From: Hydrurus foetidus | Taxonomy: Eukaryota | Length of the DNA stretch: 41,140 nucleotides | Direction of reading: 5' to 3' | Assembly: GCA_900617105.1 (NCBI GenBank) | Contig: UYFQ01000174.1 | Coordinates: 1-41,140 of the forward strand | Shown: positions 31,749 through 41,140 of the stretch, piece by piece | How positions within the stretch are numbered: position 1 is the stretch's first letter | How the letters are laid out: each line of letters opens with the position of its first letter | Made by a program: the position numbers and the translations under genes | The notes under the pieces: model-generated | The model's input: the letters and a program-made list of their open reading frames with translations, nothing else | The model's database searches: none | Told to the model about the DNA's origin: nothing

Positions 31749-34700
31749 GGTTCTCCATTACAGAGGGGGGCGCAAGACGGAACTCTCTTGGAATAACATT
31801 TAACATGTTGTTTTCGCGCAGATACTTATGGAGTTGATCTGTAGAGCGCATGGACTTCCAAGGTTCCCATGAATTATGTGATGAATCATAGTTCAACCAC
31901 TTGACATAAAATTTCATTGTGGATGGAGCTTTTTTATTTCCGATATGTGAAATAACTGCTTCAATGAAAAATTCCATGTAGTCACGACGAGCTGTGTCAG
32001 TCGGAGATTTCTGAGTCGGATTAAACTTAAAAAGTTTCAATTGACTAGCATGAACCTCACGTGTTTTCTTCGTGATAAGATTCTGAATAGTGTATTCACT
32101 TTTATCAAAGCGTATAACTTTGAAAGGGCCAAGCCACTGACAGTGTACCCTAGTCTCTGTTCCCTTAGGGTTGAGAGCTAATACATAAGAATCAATTTGA
32201 AAAACTGTTCTTGGTTCAGTATTAACTGAAACGCGTCTCGCATCAGCAGTCATCAACTGGGTTCTAGCCGCAGTGTTGAGTTGTTGTTGTATAAGCAACA
32301 TATTTGCTATAATAGTCGACGCTCTAGTCGGTAGTAGATTTGGGTCAGGAAATCTAATCAAGATACCTCTATCCAGGTTTAATTGATTTCCGAACAGCAG
32401 ACTAGCTGGTGAAGCTCCTGTACTAGAATGTACAGAACTGTTTATTATTCTCTGCACAAAAGGCAGGCAAAGCTTATAAGCATTAAGATTTGTTAAATCA
32501 AAAGTAAACGCACGTAAGTGTCGATTAACCTCTTTATTAACCCTTTCCACAATGGCATTCTCTTGCTTGGAGTATGCCAGGGTAAGATTGTGGGGGTACC
32601 CGTACGGAGTAAAAATTCCCGTACGGTATCATTCATGAAATGAGATCCCCGGTCTGATCGGATCATGCTGGGTGCACCGAATCTTCCAAAGAATTGGAGT
32701 AAACATTCACATGCAGAATGTGCTGTATTATCAGCACACCAGTAAAGTTCAGTCCAACGAGTGAACGAGCAAATCATGACTAACACATATCCCCCGTCGG
32801 GGTATGGACCTATGTAGTCAATGTTGACTGTATCAAACGGTCTATATGTAGACGTTGTGTATTTGTGAATGTGAACCGGGATTTTGATCACACTCATCTT
32901 TTGACAGCAAGCGCAGGTGCTGATAAAGTCCCTAACATGGGCTTCCATGTCGAGCCATTCTTCGTCTAAACTGGATAGTTTACTAACGGTACGAGCAATG
33001 CCACCATGTCCCACCATGGAATTATGACACATTTCGATTGCCTCGAGTTGTAACTCGGTAACTGGTGCAAGTTCATGCAGAGCAGATAGATGAACTTGTA
33101 GTTCTATCTCTTGAGTAGGTGGATGAAGAACAACTAATTGTGTTAGATTAGGACATAGTCTCGAAAGGGCATCGGCTATGAAGTTGTTTGTGCCAGAAAC
33201 ATAGTTTACTGCGTAATCAAGCTCTTGTAGAGCCATTGACCAACGGTTAACCATTGCAGATGGATCTGAATTGATGAAAATAAGATTCTTGTGATCAGTA
33301 TGAATCATAAATTTCCTATCCCTGAGGAGAGAGTCCAATTGCTTGCAGCAATAGTAAATAGCATAAGCTTCTTTTTGAATGGTTGACCATTTTACTTGTG
33401 TTGCGCTAAGCGACTTACTCACAAATGAGATTGGATTTTTAACTGAATTCACGACTTGGAATAGTACTCCACCTATTCCATAATCGGATGCATCGGTAAA
33501 CAGCTCGATGGGAGACACTTCATCTAAAAAATGAAGAAGCGGGCAGCGGGATATGGCTTTTCTTATTGCAAAGAAAGACTTATCTGCCTGTTCGTTCCAG
33601 TCAATTTTGGATTTTTTACGCCCTTTAGGGTCGATCATCTTTTGAAGTGGAGCGACTATGTCGGCATGAAAGGGAACAAAGTTCCTGAAGTAGTTCGCCA
33701 AGCCCAATAAACTTCGTAAAGAAGTAAGGGTCATGGGTTTCGGGAAATTAAAAACCGTTTCTATCTTCTCTTTAGACATAGAAATGCCTTGGGAAGAGAT
33801 TTGTCGACCGACATGATCGATTTAGGTCATACCAAATCTACATTTCTTTGCTTTAAGCAGTAAACCAAAACAACGAAAACGTCGAAAGACTCGTTCTAGT
33901 CTCTCCAGGAACTCATCCTGACCTCGTGCAAAGACGATACAATCGTCCAAGTACATTTCACATGAAATGTAAATGAGTCCATTGAGGACTATTGTCGCCA
34001 TCATCTCTTGGAAGTAAGAGGGGGCTCTCCGAGGACCGAAGGGTAGTCTGGTGAATTGGTATACACCATAATAGCAAATGAATGCAGTCAGGACCCTGGA
34101 TGCATGATCCATGGGTGCCTGATGGTAGCCTGAAGTTAGATCCATAACTCCGAATATGTTTGGCTGTTGATGGCCGATTCGCTCGAAAAGAGCCCGAATG
34201 TTCGGCAGCGGCCAGCTGGCAGCCTCGGTGCATTTATTCAGATTTCGGTAGTCAATGCAAAATCTGTATAAATCAGCTGTTCTCTGTACTATGACAGGAT
34301 GGCTATAATAAACCGCCGTCGATTCTTCAATGACTCCCGAGCGCAACATCTCATCGATGGCTCGTTTTATCTCACGTTCTTTTCGAACGGTTTGCAGACG
34401 CACGGCAGTCCTATTTCTAGGACTTTCCCATTCTCTCTTGTTGACTTTTATAACAAAGGGAGGAAGTCTAGCAGGTTTAGCTGCTAGTTTATCGCTAAAT
34501 ATGTCTGCGTATTTAAGACAGAGTCGTCTAATAAGCAATTGTTGGTGTTCCGTCCCTTCAATTGTTATTTGTGACAAAAAGTCCTCTGGCCCTATAGGCG
34601 GAGCATTCTGCTTAATGTGATTAGGCAAGAATGGGAGAAAAGTATCGGTCTTCTCATTATCTATCTCGTCTGAAGAGATTACGATACCACTAGGTGTTTC

Positions 34701-35512
34701 CACTCTAGCGTCTGTTTTAGCACTGTCTGCCATTTCACATAAATGTGCTAGGGTGTACGTTCGGAGACGTAGATCACCACCATGAGTCGATACATGGTTA
34801 CAACTGTCACACATAGTTTCAGCCCTAGAGGTGCTCGGTTGACTAGAGCATCCGACATCAAAACAGCGAGCTACTCTGTTAGAGTCTGTTTTGTGGAATG
34901 GCATGGTACTATGACCAGAATGAGGACGTGCCAATTCACCCTTCTCGCCCTCACGTATGGACGGAATGCCCTCCGCAGCTAATAAAACTTCCATTCTTTC
35001 GAATGAGTTTATCACATTAGGCATCCCGATTTCAAAAGGGGTTAAAGTGAAGAAATCATAACTCCTAAGAGTTGGTCGACCCAAAATTAAATCGATGGTG
35101 TTAGGAATAATCCTTACTGTTAAAAATATCGTTTTAATTAACAGAGTGTTTGTGACAAAAATCATGCCTATATCGATTACTTGGTCTCTAACATAACAAG
35201 TGTTATCGAGACCAGAACATATAGTGAGTGGGTTATTAGATGTGTAAACAAAATCATCTCCGTGAATGTTATCTACAAAAGTCTGACTAATAAAGTCGCC
35301 GGGGAGGCTCCCGGTATCCAGGAGAACCTTCGCTTCGCCAGAACCCTTTGGGGCCTATGGCTTTGGGGGTAGTTGGTGGGGTACGTATGGGTTGTGACCC
35401 TGGCCCCATTCCTGACTCTGCTTAGCTGATTTATAAAAATCCAAGCAGACAAAAAATTAGAATCAATGTCTATTTTAGTCAGAGATGCTGCTAGGATAGC
35501 AGATTGGTGCAA
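31744..35512 (-). pseudogene. E3 pol (PR, RT, RH, IN, chromodomain), disrupted
   Basis: Motifs: LLDTGS, YLDD, FTDASDYG, SDRGSHF, WLNYDSSHNSWEPW. In-frame TAA at 33822-33824; frameshifts near 32590 and 35340-35520. Confidence 0.9.
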
Positions 35513-37152
35513 AGGATTACCTTGTTTTTGTTTCTGCGGTTCTCCGCGTGTTGGGCATTTGTAGCGGGGTCGTGCGCCGGGGGCTGCGTACCCTCGAAAC
35601 GAGTTCGCTTAAACTGATTCTTGGGTGGGTATAGCATACCCACTTTGAATTCAGACTGAGGTCTGTTCAGGTGTTGGGTCTCGTACCCTGGAAGTTTGAC
35701 TCCCGCATCATAGGCTTGGAACCCATGGTGAAGCCACAGGTGACCCATCGTGGAGTCCTTCCATAGCAGATGGAGTTCATTGTTGGCGTCTGAAAAGAAC
35801 AGAGCCGGACAGTCTCGGACCTCATGTCCGGCATGTCCACACGAGCGACATGGTGGAGGTGGCGGTTGGGGCCGCATCTGGACCGGAGGGTCATTTGATG
35901 TTCTCCTTGCCAAGGGAGCGGTAGCTTGCATCGTTTGCATAGGTTGAGCAGGGGGAGGGAGAGGCAGTGCTGCTAGTGCTGATTTAGCATAGACAGCAGC
36001 AGAGAATGATCTCTGTTCAGGTATGATCATCTGTTGTGCTTTTGGTACCTGGGTTACTCGCTCATCATAGCGGCTCTCTCTCGAAGAGTAAGAGTGTCTC
36101 CCAACGGGGTCACCGTAGTTAGCGACTTCTTTGAGAAGCTTACGTACGTGTCCGATGCACGTTCCAAAACGGATGAATGCAGACTCCCAGGTCTCATTCG
36201 CAATGGGTTTACCATTGTTACCCTTCACCCTGAAATAATCGTTTTTTAGTTGACTATCAGGTTTGAGTTTTTTCTCAATCGTTACTATCAGTGCAGCATG
36301 CTGCTCTGGGGTGATTGGTTGGGTGTTCTCGTAAGTCGCTGTAAGCGACTTGAGTTTCATGAAAGTTTCCCTCTCGTAGGTCTCATTCGTGAAAGAAAAA
36401 TTAATTTCAATTGACGCGAAGTTCTCTACGAGAGTCCGACCCAGATCATTTTTGTCGCCAAAATATTTGATTATGATGTTCGCAGCCTGTTTGACTGTAA
36501 CATGGTTATACCATGTGGAAAACTTATCTTTGGGGAGTGTAGTAAACTCTGGGTCGCTTGCAAAAGCGTATTGTATGACATAGGTCGCAGGGTCGACGAC
36601 GACCTGGTGCGTAAAAAAGTTGTCATGCCATTGATTGGCCTGATTTTGAAACTTCGCAGCTTGTTCTCCCGTAATGTTCGGGGTATCAATGATAAACAGC
36701 GGTTTCTGGAGGTTTAATCCACCGGTAATTCTCTGTTTAAAAGCACTTGCAACCTGCTCCATATTGTACTGAGGAGTACGGAGTGGAACATCGACTACGA
36801 TGGGAACGAGGGTCGACTGCCACACGTTTTCGATAATCGGGGCGACTGTACTTTCGCCAGCTTCGCCACGCATCGATGCCTGTTGACACAGTTCAGGTGA
36901 GGTCAAGGGCCTATCGGGGTTACTAGTGCTACTAGAGCTACTAGACGAGTTACTCGGGCTCGATTTACTCGGAGAGTTCTCGATATCACTCTCTTCAGAG
37001 TAATCGTAATTGTCTCGTGGTATTTCTCCACCATCATCCAAGTCAGGTAGCCCATGACGGTGTGAATTGGAAGGAACGGCGTCAATTTCCATTGACTCCT
37101 CTCCGGTCTCATACGGAGTCTCTGCTAAATAATCCGCAGGTAAATTTGACAT
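35491..37152 (-). CDS. E3 Gag (553 aa)
   Basis: CRSCGHAGHEVRDC knuckle; distant similarity to E1 Gag (DPEF, IIKYF, QHA.LI, YG.P, D.N). Confidence 0.88.
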   Translation of the reverse strand: MSNLPADYLAETPYETGEESMEIDAVPSNSHRHGLPDLDDGGEIPRDNYDYSEESDIENSPSKSSPSNSSSSSSSTSNPDRPLTSPELCQQASMRGEAGESTVAPIIENVWQSTLVPIVVDVPLRTPQYNMEQVASAFKQRITGGLNLQKPLFIIDTPNITGEQAAKFQNQANQWHDNFFTHQVVVDPATYVIQYAFASDPEFTTLPKDKFSTWYNHVTVKQAANIIIKYFGDKNDLGRTLVENFASIEINFSFTNETYERETFMKLKSLTATYENTQPITPEQHAALIVTIEKKLKPDSQLKNDYFRVKGNNGKPIANETWESAFIRFGTCIGHVRKLLKEVANYGDPVGRHSYSSRESRYDERVTQVPKAQQMIIPEQRSFSAAVYAKSALAALPLPPPAQPMQTMQATAPLARRTSNDPPVQMRPQPPPPPCRSCGHAGHEVRDCPALFFSDANNELHLLWKDSTMGHLWLHHGFQAYDAGVKLPGYETQHLNRPQSEFKVGMLYPPKNQFKRTRFEGTQPPAHDPATNAQHAENRRNKNKVILCTNLLS

Positions 37153-37156
37153 CAGC

Positions 37157-37364
37157 TGTAGTCCTGATGGAGAAGAAGATGGGTAGGAGAGCGGGTTGTG
37201 CTTAGGTGACAGACTATGCTAGAAGCTAGGTAACTTCTACGAGTAGGCTGCAGCTAGCTAGCTAGTCGTGGTAGGGCTGTATGTGTACTGTAGGCGGAAG
37301 GATCGGGTGGATCGTGACAAGGTCCGGTACGGCCCGTAGGCCCGGTATACCCGGTACGACCACA
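37157..37364 (-). repeat. 3' LTR of E4
   Basis: TGTAGTCC...GACCACA, 208 bp, alignable to the E1 LTR. Confidence 0.9.
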
Positions 37365-37574
37365 TTTCCCCCACTTATCTCTTTTTTGAAGAAATCTAAT
37401 CTATGACGCGACCACCACGTTCAAAAATATAATAACTAACAATAACTAAGAAAGGAAAAGAAAATTTAACGAAAACTAAAATGAAAAATATAATAAAGAA
37501 TATTTACAAAATGAAACTGTGGTGGGTCGGTCGACGAGAAAAGTGGTGCCTAGTACGTAAGTACGTGTGCCCGA

Positions 37575-37677
37575 GGCCTCGATACGTAATTATGTCAGAT
37601 TTTTACTGACTAAAACCATAAAACCTCCATCGAGGGAAAATTAGGAAAAATCTTCAAAAGATAATACGTTCGAGATC
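37575..37677. ncRNA. Conserved structured 3'-UTR element, E4 copy
   Basis: Nearly identical to E1 444-545, although the distal 3' UTR has diverged. Confidence 0.65.
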
Positions 37678-37684
37678 AGTATTC

Positions 37685-40465
37685 TTAGACTGATGCCTCA
37701 AGATTCTTGGGGATAAAGTGTTTCATTTTATTGTCCCTCAAGTATTCATGGAGTGCTTCACAAAGCCGTAGGTTTTTCCACGGCTCCCATGAATTATGAG
37801 TGTCATCATAATTAAGCCATTTGACTTTGAATGACATTGTCGTAGGCTTCTTTTTGTCACCTGAGTGACTAAGAACCTTTTCCACTACAAATTCCATGCA
37901 GTCACGACGAGCAGTGTCAGCAGGTACATCGACCTCTGAATCATAATTAAATTTTTTTTAATTTTTAATATGCACACTTCGTTCCTTGTGTGTCACAAGG
38001 TTTGCGAGGATATACTCGGATCCTTTGTAGGAGATAACACGGTACGGGCCATGCCACGTAGTGTGTAACCGAGTAGGCGGTCGATCTGTGTAACGACATA
38101 AAACATATGTCCCTATAGGGAACACTGTCGCACACTTAGCTGATGCCGCGTGTTTAGCGTCTGCTGACACTAAAGCTTGAACAGCTGAATCAAGGACCTT
38201 GTCCTGAACGCTGATCAAGTCCTCAATGTATGTTGATCTAGAATGTGTATTCACACTTAAGTGTGGTGTTAAAATACCACGATTCAAGTCAAGCTTGTTT
38301 CCGAACAGTAAATGTGCGGGCGCAACTTTAGTGCGTCTATTAACTGAACTGTTAATGATGCGTTGCACAAATGGGATTGACTTAGCATATCCCTCTAGGG
38401 TCTGTTTATCAAAAACAAGACCTCTTAGGTGTCTATTTACCTCTTTGTTGACTCTCTCAACAATCGCATTTTCCTCTTTCGAGTATGCGAGGGTTAAATT
38501 ATGTGGCGTACCACAAAGATCTAAAAAATCTTTTATTAAATCGTTTGCGAAATGGGATCCTCGATCCGATCGTATCATGTTTGGCGAGCCGAAACGGCCA
38601 AAATGAGAGAGTAGGCAGTCGGCCGCTGATTTTGCGTCTGCATTTGCACACCAAAATAGTTCAGTCCAACGTGTGAACGTGTCGATAATGACAAGGATAT
38701 AACCTTTGTCTGGGAATGGACCGATATAGTCAACATTCAGCGTATCGAAGATAGCATAATTCGACGTTGCAAAGTGAGACGCATTGATCTTAGGATCTTT
38801 TGCGCTCAGCTTTTGACAGCACGGACAGTTCTGTATGAACGTACGTACATGTTGTTTCATGTTCTTCCAAACTTGTTGTAGACTGAACAACCGAGTAAGG
38901 GTACGATCTACACCATTGTGACCAACAAACGCATTGTGGCACATTTGGATGTATTCTAACTGATCGTCTGACGCTGGGTCGATAGCTGTCAAAGCTGACA
39001 CAGTGACCGACGACGACGAAGTTGGAAGTAATTCCAATTCCGTTATTCGTAACGGTAATGCGATTTCTGTCAAGTTAGGACATAATCGCGACAATGCGTC
39101 GGCTAAGGCATTTGACGTGCCAGGTACGAAGACAACCGTAAAATGAAGTTCTTGCATAGCAATGAACCATCTTGCTACCATTGAGGTAGGGTTTTGTTTC
39201 ATATACGTGATATTCAAATGATCAGTATAGATTGTGAATGTACGATCTCTGATTAAATAATCGAGTTGTGTACAACAGTAGAATATAGCGTACGCTTCTT
39301 TCTGTATAGTTGACCACCGTATTTGTGTTGGTGTCAATGATTTGCTTATAAAAGCTATTGGTTGCCAAATGGTATCAACCACTTGGAAAAGGACACCGCC
39401 GATTCCAAAATCAGACGCGTCTGTATATAATCGGATATCCAATTTATTGTCATCAATGAAGTACATTAATGGACAACGAGATATCGCGATCTGTGTATCG
39501 TGAAAGCTGTTGGTACTTGTTTGAGTCCATACAACGGCCGAACGTTTCGGTGCAGAATGATCTATCATATCTTGCATTGGTTTAACCAAAGTTGAATGCA
39601 TCGGTACAAACTGTCGAAAATAGTTCGCCAATCCTAAGAATGATCTTAACAAAGTTAAGTTCTTAGGTATAGAAAAGTTTAACACTGTTTCTATTTTTTC
39701 TTTTGACATGGATAAACCATCTTTGTCAACCACTCTGCCAACGTATTCAATACGAGGTAAACCAAAGCGGCACTTTTTGGCTTTGAGTCTAAGACCCTTA
39801 AGTCTGAATCTTTCAAAGACTTTATTCAAGTTCTTAAGAAACTCTGCTTCACCCTTGCCATATACTATACAATCGTCGAGATACATCTCACAACAATGAT
39901 AGATAAGGCCATAGAGGACCGCCGTTACCATCTGCTCTTGAAAGTAAGAGGGGGCACGACACGGACCAAAGGGCAGTCTCGTGAACTGAAAAACCCCCGC
40001 AAAGCATATAAACGCTGTGAATATGCGGTGTGCGGGGTGTAACGGTGCTTGATGGTAACCCGCGGTTAAATCCATCACACCAAAAATATCCGGTTTTTTA
40101 TTACCGATCCTCTCAAAAAGATGTTTGATATTCGGCAGGGGAAAAGAGGCGGGAGTCAGGCACTTATTAAGTGGCCGGTAATCGATGCAGGTTCGAAATT
40201 TACCGGGTGACTTAGTTACGATTACAGGATGACTGTAATAAGCAGCATCTGACCGCTCTATAACCCCCGACGCAAGCATCTCATCGAGATTCTCCTAAGA
40301 GCAACCTCCTTAGTCGATGACTGGGGACGTACCGGCGTACGGTTTTCGTCTTTTCCCACAACTCAAGGGGATGTTAATCTCAAAAGGTTTGAGTGACGCT
40401 GGTTTCTCAGCTAACTGATCACTAAAAATGTCTGAATATTCAGAACAGAGCTCTCGGAGCTTCCT
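37685..40465 (-). pseudogene. E4 pol fragment (RT, RH, IN, chromodomain)
   Basis: 773-aa ORF highly similar to E1 Pol; frame break at ~37958 and 1-nt deletions at ~40295-40370. Confidence 0.92.
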
Positions 40466-40924
40466 CCAGACCTGAAAGGCAAAAGAGAAGGGAAATCTAA
40501 AGGCTAAAAGGAGCTAGTTAGTTAGGGATGCAGACAGAAGGTACGCTAGTAACTTCTGCAAAGCAGCACAAACTAGCTAGTGACTGATAGTCGTGGCTGT
40601 GAACACGAAGGTACTAAGGTGGAAACAGCATCTAATCGGCTGAATGGGGTAGCAGACCCTGAGGGAGCCACACTACCCCTACTTATCTCTCGTTTTCTCA
40701 TTTCTCTCTCCCTCTCCCTCTCTCTCTCCCTTGGTGAGTCTCTAGCTACAGTGTGTAACAAAACAAATATGACTCAAGCGTGATAAAAAAAATGCAGAAA
40801 AAAATAATAAAAAAATACAAAAATGCAGTAATAAATACGTACGAAGTATACAGATATTTGTACATGTGAGAGTTTGGGGGAGTGAGAAACGAGAGTGCCT
40901 AGATGTGTTGTAACTACGTGTTCC

Positions 40925-41021
40925 CCTACACATTTATGTCAGATTTTTACTGACTAAACCTCCTGAAAAGCAACTTAAAGTTGTAAAAATGAGGAGGAAT
41001 CTTCAAAAGATAATGTGTAGG
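40925..41021. ncRNA. Conserved structured 3'-UTR element, E5 copy
   Basis: Closing stem CCTACACAT/ATGTGTAGG; GTCAG-ATTTTTA-CTGAC; CCTCCT/AGGAGG; GCAAC/GTTGT; AATCTTCAAAAGATAA. Confidence 0.65.
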
Positions 41022-41036
41022 TCGTTCCTTGGGAAC

Positions 41037-41138
41037 TTACTTTTCTGTCGGAATTATTTTCGACATGCCGTGAAGGCGTAAATATGTGTGAAGAGCGTCT
41101 GTAAGACGAAGATTCTTCCACGACTCCCACGTATTGTG
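41037..41138 (-). CDS. E5 Pol C-terminus (chromodomain end), partial
   Basis: Translates as HNTWESWKNLRLTDALHTYLRLHGMSKIIPTEK*. Confidence 0.88.
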   Translation of the reverse strand, partial: HNTWESWKNLRLTDALHTYLRLHGMSKIIPTEK

Positions 41139-41140
41139 TG

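Larger units (their letters stand above)
31151..37156 (-). mobile_element. Ty3/gypsy chromovirus E3; 5' leader interrupted by E4, 5' LTR not in the window
   Basis: Candidate 3' LTR 31151-31338, PPT 31339-31352, and gag-PR-RT-RH-IN-chromodomain coding region. Confidence 0.92.
37157..40465 (-). mobile_element. Ty3/gypsy chromovirus E4 (sister family of E1), nested in E3 and interrupted by E5
   Basis: 3' LTR 37157-37364 is homologous to the E1 LTR; PPT follows; pol is collinear with E1 up to 40465. Confidence 0.93.
40466..41140 (-). mobile_element. 3' end of Ty3/gypsy chromovirus E5, nested in E4; runs off the window
   Basis: LTR-like segment ~40466-40672 ending GCCACA; PPT ATAAGTAGGGGTAG (40673-40686); conserved 3'-UTR motif; chromodomain tail. 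Confidence 0.85.

Noticed and set aside
33822..33824. In-frame stop in E3 RT as programmed readthrough or selenocysteine
   Set aside because: The codon is TAA, it lies inside RT, and E4 has a sense codon at this position. It is a simple nonsense change.
1..41140. All five retroelements on the same strand as a mechanism
   Set aside because: Five co-oriented elements occur by chance about 1 time in 16, which is too few to support a claim.

Overview
Eukaryotic nuclear DNA, most likely from a flagellated ochrophyte-type alga (HCF101 with a signal peptide plus Phe-start plastid transit peptide, axonemal MNS1, GT-AG introns with pentanucleotide microsatellites). A core of host genes (METTL13, an eIF4E-family gene, NUP35, MNS1, HCF101 and two small hypothetical genes) is flanked and interrupted by five LTR retrotransposons, all on the minus strand. 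These are: a full-length chromodomain Ty3/gypsy element (E1, 1-6759); a very young Ty1/copia element (21268-26636, TSD TCTGA) lacking the RT catalytic core; and three nested chromodomain Ty3/gypsy elements (E3, E4, E5) running off the right end. Main points: (1) the copia element has no tRNA primer-binding site. Its PBS position is exactly complementary to 10 nt inside its own LTR, with Tf1-like flanking stems, so it is a candidate self-priming Ty1/copia. (2) E1 has a palindromic hairpin in place of a tRNA PBS. (3) All four gypsy elements, three distinct in LTR sequence, share a covarying ~100-nt structured motif right after the pol stop codon. All structure calls were made by eye.
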